Below, piece by piece: positions 13,620 to 27,600 of a stretch of 64,000 bases of DNA (the stretch's first letter is position 1; each line of letters begins with the position of its first letter). Under the pieces are notes generated by a model. The model was not told where the DNA came from and made no database searches. It saw nothing but the letters and a program-made list of their open reading frames with translations. Where the stretch lies: positions 12,028,001-12,092,000 of the forward strand of contig CM120646.1 of NCBI GenBank assembly GCA_051362555.1, given 5' to 3'. The DNA is from Lingula anatina (taxonomy: Eukaryota; Animalia; Brachiopoda). The translations under genes and the position numbers were made by a program.

Positions 13620-15153
13620 AACAAGCACGATTATCAGATCGCTGATCGACGGAGCTTTCACGCTGGCGATAGATTTGTAATGTGTAATTTGTAATCCGAG
13701 GCGCATAATGCATTCTCAGAGACGCAAGGCAAAACATAGATCACTAGAAGTGAAGGAGTTTCCTTTTGCAGGACTTGTCAACCCCCATTTTTTCCGTTTA
13801 TGCATTTTTTCGAAATAATTATCAAAACTCAACGTTTCCCCTGTTTTCCCGAGTCCAGGCTTAGTGCCTAAATGTCATCTCTTCGATTCACCATAATAAG
13901 AGTTAAAATTTAACACTGCAGATAAATAATTCCGACTGATAATAAATTAAAGTAGCTATCTTGCATTTTTTGCAAACACAGAACGTTTTAAAACGTTACC
14001 ATAACGTGACCTTGACGTTTTTGGTAAAATTAACGTTATGGTAACGTTTTAGTAACGTTATGTGTTTGCTGGGTAGTAGTTTTAGAATATAATTCACAAC
14101 ACACGTGGTCATATAAGATTCACTGGCATATTATACCTCCCTTTATTGCCTCACTTAGGCTCTATTCCCATAGATTTTAGATCGATCTATCCCCGCGGGG
14201 AGTCTCACTAGATTACTGTCAGATAATCCGACTTAAATGTCCGTCCCGCCTACTACAAGCTGTAAGGGGGTAATTAACTTTCGTGTCCGCCCGGCTTACA
14301 GCTATTTAGCGTGAACCCCCAGGGAGTTAGGTCGATCTAAAGTAGGTCGATCTAATCTATGGAAATGGGGTGTTATTCAGTTATGATACTAATCTGTACT
14401 AAAAGTCTGTTGCATGATTATTATTTATGTTTTTCAACATTTTCTACTCTATTTAGCCCGTTCATGTACGCTGTAATGAATATAACATATTTGATGCTGA
14501 TGCAGTTCTCAATTAGAACGTCGATTTATCTGCAAGGCAAGTAAAGGTCTAATCAGAACTCACCAGTACTTGAGAGCCTTTTGACTAATTTCTATAAAAA
14601 CACAAACACCCCATTTCCATAGATTAGATCGACCTACTTTAGATCGACCTAACTCCCTGGGGGTTCACGCTAAATAGCTGTCAGCCGGGCGGACACGAAA
14701 GTTAATTACCCCCTTACAGCTTGTAGTAGGCGGGACGGACATTTAAGTCGGATTATTTGAAAGTAATCTAGTGAGACTCCCCGCGGGGATAGATCGATCT
14801 AAAATCTATGGGAATAGAGCCAAATATTGACAGACATGAGAATAATCTAGACTTTGCTCAAACTTCTGGCGCTAAATTTGTAATAAAATTCTCCAAGGAC
14901 CACCAAAGACAAAAAGGTGGGAAAACAGACCAAGGCTCACAGTCGCTGGATCACGTTACGGTCCTTGCCCTGCAGACATGTTACAACCCTTGCTTCATCT
15001 ATTTTCCTTTACCTAATCAAATCTATATCTGCTTTAAACATCATAATCAACAACAACAACAACAACCATAATAAAAAATTATGTAAGATCTAAATAATAT
15101 ATCTTTTTATTGCAAAGTTAGAAGAAATCTTATGGCGAAAATTAAGGTGATTT

Positions 15154-15185
<32 letters not shown>

Positions 15186-15219
15186 GCGCGCGCGTGCGTA
15201 CACACACACAAACGTACGT

Positions 15220-15260
<41 letters not shown>

Positions 15261-15557
15261 TCTCTCTACCCCCATTTCCCCCTCCCTTTAACTAACCCCC
15301 CCCCCCCCAACGTATCACTCACCACGCAACAGATCCCACAGGCAAAAGGGCAAGCCAACCACCTTTTCAAGGCGGATCACATGCGCCAAAACTTCAAAAG
15401 ACCAAACAGCAAACAAAACAAACCGCCAGGGTTCCATTGCTGTTTGCTCAGATTATGCTACTATCGGGGTCTGGTCTACGTCTTGCTTAATTTTGATGAG
15501 TTTCTTTTTATATTCAGTTGATTGGTATCTGAAGATACACAGAGAGAAGACACGGGG

Positions 15558-15647
<90 letters not shown>

Positions 15648-18600
15648 GAATAAAAAGCAACCGAGCAATATGTGGATCTTGGATTTCAAAAAGAAAATAA
15701 AAAGCAGAAATGTTTGCGTTTAAACATCAACGTCAAAATCAAACATCCAAACAGAAACACAGAGAAGTTTAATCTAATTTTGTCCCATTCAACACGGGGT
15801 TAACGTAAGCAGCAATAATCCGATTTATACACACTTTTTATTGTATTATTTCACATTTTTACTTTGACTTTAAAAGCTATATTTCTAGGGCACCCCGCAG
15901 GCCTGGTCATATATCACACTAAACCGCCCTAATGAGCAGCAAAGTTAATGGGGCATTTCTCTTCAATTCCGAGTTTAATGTTTACAAATTACTTAAAATA
16001 ACCGTGTTTGAGTCGCGCGTCTTTCAGAGTGGTACCTAATCTAATTAGCTTTTTATGAAGACGGAAACACGGGCTGAACAAAAAAAATCCCAACGCTTGA
16101 ATGGTCGGTCATCTAAACAAAAAGGATACTGAAACTGGAAGGTGACGATATAGTAGGGGAGGTTTTTGGGACACCCTATATGCAAGGTTAGCGGATGGAG
16201 GTTTTCTGATGCAGAGTGTGAGAAGCAGCCATTTAAGTTTTCAGAAATGAAAAAGAAGTAATGTTAAAAAAGATGGGGTGGCGATGACTGACTTTTTAAA
16301 AATAATTTCTGGTAAAATACATTGTTTAGATTTAAGATTCTTTTGTATGTTTCAAGTTCGACAGGGGAGACGGAAATACACTTATATGTTGTTCAAAACA
16401 ATGATTCTACTAAACCTCTTGAGTAAGAAAATATAGAATGTTCTCTGTACATAATGTGCATCTATTTTTTCTCAAAAACACGTTGAATAAGTACAGTTTT
16501 ATTTTTATCTATCTTTATTTGTTTGGCACTTTTTATCCCAACGTAAGATTTCAAATATGATGAATCCTAGTCGTAAGCTATACTTCTTACATGAAACTTA
16601 CCAAATTCTATGTAAAAAGTCAATATATGACAGACTGACACTCAATTCGATAAGGAATATACCCCTAAGACATTTTTACCAATATGCCATTTCAGTCTTA
16701 CATCTATTTCTTGTTGTATATATCTACATCATGGACGTTTTTTTTTCTATCTTTCTTGTTCTAGTCAGTTTAAAACACGTGTTTGTTTATATAAATCTTC
16801 AACACCAGCAACACTCGAACGTGCTTTCCAAACTAACATGCCAGGCGATGATCCATTTGTACAGAAACAGCCCCGAATTTGCTTTCATACATTTGCTTTA
16901 ACTAGAAATTAAAACTTAAATCTTTTCCCGAATATTTTAATTTGTAATAAGTGCCTTCCCTATTCGTTATAATTTAACGGTGTCTCGGGATCTTGAGAGC
17001 AAAGCCATATACATGTACTTTTTATCGTATCTATCTCTTTCTTATATAACTCGCTTATAAAGCATCCAGAATATATTTGACTAGCATATTTTAATATTCT
17101 TTTAATATTCTTAAAAGAAGTTGCTGAATAAATATAAGATAGGCTAATAATTTTGATTTTGTTTCTTGTTGTTGTTTATTTGGTATATCACAGGAGTTGT
17201 TTATGCCAGAGGCAGCGAGAGAACGTGCTTTTCCCGGCAACATGCCGGGCAGCGAACCAGTGGCGCAGAACCATTTCCTAAATATCAGCCATTGTTAGCG
17301 AGTAGGCCTGGGCCCCCGCACACCGAGGCCAGTCCTAGGACAGGTTCACATTGCACTTTTTTCAAGCCCGGTTTTGGATTAAGTTTTTTTAACATTTCAT
17401 GCCAGTTTAAGAGTTTGTTTATTATGTATTTTATGTCCCTTCAAAAATAAGAGAGAAATGGTTTTGCTCTGTGATCCGGTCGGTGATCACGAATCGTACT
17501 CGAAGATATGTAAAATATATAATAGAGAAATTTCGTATTTTGATCACACGTGCAAAGAACTTAGTGAAGTGGTGCATTGAACTTGCACGACCTAATGCAT
17601 CTTAAAATTGAATGGTCGATGTGCTTGAAGCCCATTGTGTTTATTGCAACTCCAAGTGCCAAACCAAGGCTTTCGTGTTGTTTTCTGATAGTGAACCTGG
17701 GGCGGTGAAATCGATCCAAAAAAAGAGCAAGTGTGAACGCAGACCAGGAACGGCCCAGAGCAGAGCAGCAGAGGCTCACTGGAACCTACACGTCAGATGG
17801 GCGTGCATCATCCATCCGTCTTATTTATTTCTTTATTTATATTCGCTCGTATGAATTATGAGATGAGTTTTTGATAGAGGTCACGGGAATTCTTCTCCGC
17901 CTTATTTGTCATTAGTAAATATTTTTTGAAGATGATCGCATGCATGTAGATTTCTTTTTCTTGATGTATGAATCGTATAATTCTCTCAGACTTTGGTAAA
18001 TACAGAAAATAATATCTGAAAAATTTGGGATTTGAAACATTCTGCGGTATCTGGCCGTCTAATTCCGCGGAGTTGGGAGAGGGAAGGTTGGGAGTAGCCC
18101 CCCTCCCTTCCTAGCAACCTAGAGCCGTCAGTGCTTAGATACAGATTTCAATAAAATACTTGCCTGAGTTTATTTTTTGTTTGGAGTAAATAAGCCAAGT
18201 CTAAAAGTAACAAAATGCCACCAATACACGCAGAAATCAAGCACAAGTCGCTAAACCGACTTTCACTACTCACGACCGACAACGTTAAAGATTAATTTTG
18301 GGCTAATAGGTCTCATCATTTCACCAAGTTGGCTTGATATTGAAGTCATCATCATCATCATCATCATCATCATGATAAGAACTATCTTCATGTACTCTTT
18401 CCTACTACGTTGATTGCGCAAACACCATTATGTTTGGAAATAATTTACATACCAACGTAATTGAGATAACAACTTGAATGTGTATTCATGATATTGCTGA
18501 CTTTTTCAAAAATTACTTTCGTAGATCTGTTGAATGGTCTTTATACTATACGTTTGCTCATAATACAGGCGCGTAAAGAAGATCATTTTAAGTAGGGTTA

Positions 18601-21600
18601 GATAAATTATTCAGGAAAAAAATACCGACGGGGACGGAAGGGAGGGGGGATGCTTGACGTTGTTGAAAAAAATACCCCCCAGCGCCCCCCCCCCCCCCCC
18701 CAGCAGCTGTCACAACCCATGAAATAATTGTGTTTATATTAACACGTATTTTTAACGTCATAGTTTGTAATACCTGTATTTTTCTATGGCCAAACAAAGG
18801 CGTATGAGAAGGATATTGTATATTTACATATGATATGTTTATTACTTTTCTTATCGAGAAACTTAGATCAGAACAAAGCAGATGTTTATCTATTTGTCTA
18901 CATAAATATGGATATCAGTCATTCATTCAATACCCATCGTTAATAAAATATATGCCAGTTATGATCAGCATTGCTGCCTCAATTCCTCTGCCCTAATTCA
19001 TGTTACAGAATATGTTTTTGTCCTTGACTACCCCTTATTCCAGAAGGAATAATTATTATGATGATGATAATTATTATGATTATTATTATTATGGCTGTTG
19101 TTGTTGTCGTTGTTGTTTTGTAATCAAACAAACAAAGCCTTTTCATTTTGTTCTTCATAATATCATTCAATAACTGACATATTATCAAATTATCACAAAA
19201 AAAAACGTACCTGTCGTTCTGTCAAATCCAACGAAACTGCAATTTCGTATCTTCGTAATCTTGTTAAATAATTGTGGACAGAAAACTCTTTTTCTAACTC
19301 TTTAATTTGGTATTTGGTAAAAGCAGTCCTCTCTTTTCTTGGCTTCGCAGATAAATCTAACTGATAGGAGGCGCCAGAGTCTGAGGTAGCTAGAACAAAA
19401 CAAAAACAACAAACAATATTATTAGAAAGCTGAACTGAAGAAATAAATGATCAAATTACTACTATAACAATCTCGATAATATCTATCTGTAAATAAAAAC
19501 TGTAATAAATGCTAATTCTGCGGAGCGAACTTTCCAGAATTATACCTTTTCAGATGTAATTATTGTTGCCATGCCAACTGAAAAATTGAGAAAAACAATT
19601 CCTGTTAAAATCACATACACACAATCAAAAAGAGGAAACAGAAAGCAGGCTACAAAAAAAAATGACAAAATAAATTTTGAGTCTGAAAATGTCCCGATGT
19701 TTTCAAGTGCAACGGAACGTTACTAAACAAATATTAAATAAAAACGTTTCGAAATGACATAAAATTAAAGGTTAACTGTACGGTAAATGGAAAAAAGAAA
19801 ACAATATCACTTAATAACTCTTCATGTTTCTTAAAAGAATCACTTGACCTGTTTCGTTCTTCGTATCATAAAATATTTATTGAAAATCGATGGGGTCACT
19901 TGTTTATGTTTTTTTCAACCACAAATATTTATGATTATTTTAAATCGCGATATGTAGGCTACCCAAGGCAGGCCCGTAGCCAGCAATTTCAAAAGGGGGG
20001 TTCTTTTTCTGAAAAAGTGGACCTTTTCCCATAAAAACTTCATGTGCTTAGATCAAATTTTACCCAGAGTGGACCTTTTCCCCGCAAAAGGGGCGGTTTT
20101 TTCGAACCCCCCGAACCCCCCTGGCTACGGGCCTGCAAGGGTATCAGCCGTAGTACAAATGAGGGGCGGTAAATTTTTTTCAATATTAACGGCGGCAATG
20201 GGTATTATGCTAACAAAGCATACCAATAAAAAGAGATAGATTTTGCACAAAAACATATTTTGAACAAAAAATTTATTTGTTTCGTAAAAGCAATCAAAAA
20301 CAATTTTTTCTTATCCTTTTTGGTGCAAAGTGTGCATAAGCAAAAATGCTATTCGTCCCCCAAAAATCTAAATACATTTTTACTAATAAGCACTACCTCA
20401 AGCTATCAAAAAATAGTATTATGTCACATAACTAATAAATACGTTATGAAAAATGCTACATCTATGACGGTGAAACTCTGGACGTTAGTGAAAAAACGCT
20501 GTTGATTTTCAGACGAAGTGCTCTTTATTCAGGAAAGAACCTACGATAATTTTGCACCGAAGGCCAGTCTCGCCCATCCCACACGCAGCAGCCATTGGAA
20601 TGACCACTTGCTTCGCTCTCATAACAAGCCAGTCCAAATAAATAGGAACATGGATCGGATATCAGACGGTATTAAAACAAACTTATCGTCATCGGACTAT
20701 GTTGTAGTGCGGACTTATCAATCACCATGCGGTGAGTGACGACTGCACTTGCTTCACGCTGCGCAATACACGAAAGTACTGAGTGATATGAAGTTAAAAG
20801 TTGCCGTGTACGAGAGCTCTCTTTTCCGGCTCAAATAATCGGCATCTTGTGGGAACTAGATTATTCCACAGCCTCCATGAGACGGGATAATCATAGTGTA
20901 GATTTCATCATTGTGGTCGTTGAAAATCTCGTTTTCAAAAAGATATTACTATGTTACTATTTATTATGGTGCCGGCAAAAATTGTTTTCAAAAAAGTTAC
21001 CACATACCATGCTATTTCGTCAATACAGTTGATGCATTTTCGCTGACATAGAAATTATTAAACAAGTGTCGTTATTAATGTCATATTAATTCTTATTCAT
21101 GTAAGTAACATCATTTTGTTTACCTGAAAATCTACCAACGTGTCAAATATCACTTAAAAGAGCAAAACATCATACACCTCCAGACTATAAACATATCTAG
21201 GAAGTTTCTGCACTGCTTTATTTGGCTTAGGTCTTTATTATAGGAAAAACTTATTGGCGGAATTTCTTAAGCGACATGGCCCCGAAAATGTCACCTGCAT
21301 CGATTTACTTTTTTGATCTGTGTTACAAATCTATCGTTTATATTACTCCACACAATAAAAAGTAGAAAAAGAAACGATAAGAAACAGAAACTGCCTTGGA
21401 TGAGAATGGTACGATTCTTGTTGCTTCAAGCTCGAGGTGACGGTCAAATAATTTAAATAAAAACATGTTTTTTATTTACTTTCAACAAAGATTAAATACC
21501 CTAAATTTGGCATATAAACGAGTAAATATCTCACTTTTTTCATCTAACATGTAAGGTCGCAAATAGACAAACCCGGCGGAAACCAAAGTACATTTGTGCA

Positions 21601-24600
21601 GCGTCGATTCTCAAGAGTTTGTTGGATCGGTTTCCCATGTCGACCCCCCGCCCTTCTTTGCGTGTCATCATTTGTTTTAATTCCATCCCCTGCCTTTGAA
21701 GATCTCCCCAAAAGACGTTTTGATTGCGCTTGGACTCTGATAAAAACAAACGATACCGGATGATCGCCAACGTGATAAATGGGACCGGCTGATATCGGGA
21801 TTTTTGTACTAAACAAGGCTATATCGCTCGAGCTTTTCTCCGTCGATACTCGTGTGTCATAGCGCGAGCTCTCTCCATACTTGGAATAAAATGACAGAGA
21901 GCGTCCGACTTGAAGTCTGCCAGTGCGACGTGATGGAGACGTCTTGTGTCGTCCATAATGTTTTACACATTTGACGTGATGGTTTGAGAACAAACTGAAT
22001 CATGACAAACACAAGTAAAATCTTTCTTGGGAAATCTTTTCTCTCATCACTTATAAATAAGTAACATTTTTCAACACACGTAAACAATCGGAGGAATGAA
22101 AATAAATACTAAGGACAAAGGGAGAAAGACAGAGAGATTCTATTTTTTAAATGGAAGAAGCTTCGCATAACTAATTCAGTTCACATACAATACTTTCTAC
22201 CATTATGATTTAACATTATACTGACTGGAATATGTTTTACACGTTTAAGATAAGACAAAGTTAAAATTATCAAAATGGCTGAAGCTGACAACGACATCTA
22301 TAGTGCTTGTCTCAACAAAAGAATGTTATGTACCTAAAGTTATATTAGCATTTTTGTTTGAAGGGGACATTGTTTCATTAGGATATTACTAAGATTTAAA
22401 AAATTCCGGAACCAACTAACTTGACATTAGAAAATTTTGACAATATTTTTGCGTAACGCATTTTCTAATGAGACTGTCTTATCACTCAACACAACTGATA
22501 TCTGACGGCAAACAGCCTGTCATTTTCAAATACATTTTTAAATTGTCGACAGTTTCCTGTTGAATGATTTTCCTACGATATTCCAATACTTGAGGATAAT
22601 TGATTCGTTCAATTCTTAGCTGCTTACAGTCATTTGTATTTGTGCATTCTTTATCGTTAATATGAAATCAATATTTAAATACGAATTACTATAACAGAGT
22701 ATTTTATGTCTTCTCCGATCTTGTAATCTGTAAAATTAATGACCATTTGCTTTCTCCCCTTTTACAGTACATAGATGTGGAATCACATTAACATTATTTT
22801 TGTTATTCTCATTTTCAGTGTGATTTCTTTGTTAAATTGTCAGTGTTCTTCATAACGTGCATAACTTTCGGTATTTCGTAGGGTACACTGAAATTATTAT
22901 AGAATGCGGCATAAAATAATTTATTATTATTATTATCATGATGATGATGAACAAATTAAACATTTTTCTTTCACCTTCGTCGTTTGAAATTCATAATTGT
23001 ATGTAAAATTAAAAGTAATGTTTGCTCGCTCGACCTTTAATTGTTCCACGGTAATTTAATTCAAGTATTGATAATAGTAAAATCTCTAGATACGTCGCGT
23101 AATTAAATAACAGTTCGTTTCAAACCGCGACCTACGTGGACGTTTACGGGGTTGCCAAATAAAAATACGCTGAATCAAAAACACTCGTTTTTTAAACAAA
23201 ATTACTTAGTTTTTCAGATGATCACATATGTGGGTGTATATATATTTTTTTTGTCGTATAGTAGTAAATACTTTCTTCGATGCGAATCAAATTCTTCATT
23301 CAAATTTGTCAAATTAAATGGCCTCCAACACGGCATAACATCGTTAGGGTAAAAATCACCCATTATCCTACACTTCACACAAATCAGACGATATTTCATT
23401 CCCTCTCCTTGGAATTATATCAATATCATCGTCTATCCATAACATGGGCCTCTGACGAAGTGTAACTTTGTTCAGCTGTGGATTTTAACGTGTCCGAGTG
23501 TCTCTCACTCTATGCGTATCATTTATCCTTAGTACGGGACCCCAAGATATCACGCACCGCCCGTAAATGGATAACGAAAGTCGCTGTGTGGCAAAATTGA
23601 ACCGCGATAGGCGACCTTCTCAGTGTAGAGTGCTTGGTTCGAGAGATGTAATGGGCCTCGAACGACGTTTTATTTCTCGCGCGGTGAGGTCGACGGGTGC
23701 GGGCAGGGGAAATTAACGTGATTAATGCGTGCGTGAACTGACCGGCCAAAGGCATTAAACCGCTAAGAGGAATTTGTGGACAAAGCACGTTCTCTTCTCG
23801 GGATGAGAAGCGCGGAATGGAGGCCCGTTCACACAGCGATCTTCGTTTAGAATGGTTTGGTGAAATTAGTTACACGATTAAGTATAGATCTGAAAAAGAT
23901 TTGAAAAAGTACAGAATCTGCCTTGTTTACAATATATTTTATCATTATTGGATGTTTCTGCGCACATTACACTTAAGACAAAATATTTGAAATGAGCTAC
24001 AATGCAAAGAAAAACGCCGTGCATTACAAAGTTAGGTCTCAGTAGTTTACACTGCAAATAAAACCCTTGACCGAAAATGTTAACACTTTGAACAGTACCA
24101 CGTTCAGTGAAAAGAAAATCCGAAGTCGTGTCCCGCAACCAAGACGCCCAGGGCACTGCAACTTGGATATATCAAGAAGTTATAAAGAGAAGGAGTAGAA
24201 ACAAGGGGTTTCCTTTCATCCTATCCTCGTAACGGGCTTAATCCTAATAATTACCCAGCTTGTGGTCTTAGGGAGAGCTTGTGCCTAATACATATTCAAA
24301 AGACCGTTCACGTGGGTTGCTTCAGCCAATTGGGATAAAGCCTCGCGAAGTCTCTAATAATCTCACAGAGAAAACATGGTGGGATTACAGAAAGGTGTAG
24401 AGAGAGATTTCAAGCCTGGACGCAACCATTTTGGGAAATAAAACTCAAATCATGCGAGATACACCTTCATTTGATCTAGAGCCGATCAGTTATACAAAAA
24501 TTAGTTTCACATCAAGAATGTATGAGAACAATTTCACAAACCCACCTTCAACGCTAAAATTTGCACCTGTAGAAGTCTCATATTTATTTTAAATTCTTTT

Positions 24601-27600
24601 TGTCGTGTAAAGGAAATTTACCTTCATCTAGGAATGACACATTCAATTCACACCCGTGTACACAAAACAGTAGTACTTGCAATTTCCGTATGCCAGCCTC
24701 GTTTCTTTCTTTTTTGGCACATTATTGCTTATATACCAGGTAGAGCTTAAACAGGAAAATTGGGGAAATGAAAATAAGTTATTGCACTTAGTATGATTCT
24801 AAATAAAATTTCATTAATACATATTTTTGTTTATATCTTTGTCTATAACATGAGGCCAACTAATAGTAGACTGATAGTTTAAATTCATTAGAAGAAAAAA
24901 TCAAAGAAATATTTTTATTGATTGATATTGCTTTATTTCAACATTCGAGCAACTTGTATAATATCTAAAACAAAGTACCAGCAATGAAAATATGTCAATA
25001 TTGTTACACCCAACAGTGATTAAAGCAATACAAAAATGGTTAGTTTTTATTTTGATGTGGTGATTATTTTATTTTATACTTTAGACAATTAGCCAGTGAA
25101 CACTAAATTCCCTTTTAAAACTTGGACCACTAAATTCCCTTTTAAAACTTGCACCTCTTATGCACTATAGTTTAATTTTAGTGGTGGTAAGAAAACAGAG
25201 CCGTGTGCCTCATCAAGTTGCTGCTGGAAACAATCATTTTGACTGTTCAATTATGGCTACATGTACATCTGCCAGCAAAACTTAAGATCTTTCACCTGCA
25301 TTCTCTTCAACCTGAAATGAGTAAGTGCAGAATTCATTACAAAATATAACTCTATATCCTAAACGAAACTCTGCAAACATCATATTGCAAAAAAAAATTG
25401 AAAAAAATTCCGAGAGTTCCCTGTCATCAAATTTTGGACCCACCATTTTGAAAAAGTCCCAAGAAAAGTTGTTTATTTGAAACGATGTTTTTCATCTAAA
25501 GGATTGATTCATTTAATATCACAATGATATATTGTAATGGTGCACGTGCTTAACTAACCAGAAAAACATAAATTATATGCATACACCACGTTAAAATTAC
25601 CAAAACTTGTCTCAAACTGTCACCCAACTGTCTCTAACCAATTTAGGGACCCGCCATTTTGAAAAAGTCGGATGAAAAGTTGTCTATTTGAAACGATGTT
25701 TTTCATCAAACGGATTGATTCATTTAATACCAAAGTGATGTATTGTAATGATGCACGTGCTTAACTAACCAGAAAAACATAAATTATATGCATACACCAC
25801 GTTAAAATTACCAAAAATTGTCCCAAACTGTCACCCAACTGTCTCTAACCAATTTAGGGACCCGCCATTTTGAAAAAGTCGGATGAAAAGTTGTCTATTT
25901 GAAACGATGTTTTTCATCTAAAGGATTGACTCATTTAATATCACAATGATGTATTGTAATGGTGCACGTGCTTAACTAACCAGAAAAACATAAATTATAT
26001 GCATACATCACGTTAAAATTACCAAAAATTGTCCCAAACTGTCACTCAACTATCCCTTACCAATTTAGGGACCCGCCATTTTGAAAAAGTCCGATGAAAA
26101 GTTGTCTATTTGAAACGATGTTTTTCATCTAAAGGATTTATTCATTTAATACCAAAGTGATGTGTTGTAATGATGCACGTGCTTAACTAACCAAAAAAAA
26201 CATAAATTATGTGCATACATCACGCACTTAAGAAGAAAAAAGTCCTAAACATGGAGGTCCCGCTGAATCGGCCTCAGATCTTCGAGCTAACGCTGCTTTC
26301 TGCACTGACAAATTTGACTGACAGCCACCGTATGAACATAAAACAATGCTCAAAGCAGATTATCAACTCTCACTCACCTTTATATCGATCGACTTGGCGT
26401 TTTTCTAAGTATAACTTCCAAATATTCGCATTAAACATGAATAAATCAAGACGTATACGCACTGGTTCAGCTTCTCCGTCTTGAGTCACGCGGAGGCGAG
26501 CGGAGGATTAGACCAGTTACGAGGATCGAATTTCAAAGGACGCCGCTTTGAAAAGAATGCTGCGATCTGATTGGACGAGAGAGATAATTGATGTCCCGTT
26601 TCTACTCCTTCTCATTATAACTTCTTGGATATATTTACCAACTTCTGATAATCAAATTGTTTACGTAAAATTTAAGCTTTGCAATATATGTTGTTATATT
26701 TTTTTCAGAAGACTATGCCAAAATAATAAACTTGCAGACGCAGTTCAATTAAACTACGAGTAATTTATTCCGATGGCTTTTGCCTTCAGATGGTAAAATA
26801 CGACGCATTAATTTACGAACACAAAAATAATATGAGTAACGGCATTATTTCAAGAATCAATGGCAGGTAGTACCGTTTGGAAAAACTACAGTTTGAACAT
26901 TTTAAATTATTTATCGCTACACTGCGGTCCTGTTATTCCTCGTGTAAAAATCTATTTTATGTAGTAGCCATTATTATCATTATTATTATTTGCATAACAG
27001 AGCGCAAGAATAAAGAAATAAACGTCCACCTTCTTTTAAAACACGATCGATTAAAGGGATGATAACTCTTCATTTTGGCGGAAAAAGTGCCATAAAACGG
27101 ATTGTCCTGGGGAAAACGACAATTTTCCCAGTACTTTCCAATGGTAAATGAATCCGTCCCGAAATTCAGAATTTGTTTGTTTGTTTGTTTGTTTGTTTGT
27201 TTTGTGGTTTTTGTAATAATCACATAAGAGATTGTTATGGAGTGTAGCTACACGTATTTAATCAGGTCCTCGTAAAGGAAGCACAGATTTCAGAATATAT
27301 TTTGTTTTGAGTGTGTTTATTGTGGAATTTGAATCTCAAATGAAGAGGTGCTATATCTCTTTAAGATTTCAATAAGAGCGTCGGACATAACTGACCATTT
27401 CCCTTGACCAACCGACTCATCTTTTCGGCTTCTTCGCATACTACACATACCAATATATACATTACTTCGTGTTTCACGCACCGAAAAAACACATTAACAG
27501 TTCCTAATGTTCATAAGGAGAGAATAATTTTTGCAAGAAAATTGTGATAATTCAGGTACTCCAACTAGCTAATATTTGGGTTTCAGAGATATGATGATGC

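Noticed and set aside
21540-22087. 149 aa ORF and overlapping ORFs in Mox intron 1
   Set aside because: No recognisable domain, a non-ATG start and no supported splice structure.
25101-25151. 27 bp direct duplication
   Set aside because: It is a simple local tandem duplication with no element between the copies.
25436-26225. Regularly spaced repeats as a CRISPR array
   Set aside because: The whole 211 bp unit is repeated with no unique spacers, no cas genes are present, and the context is eukaryotic.
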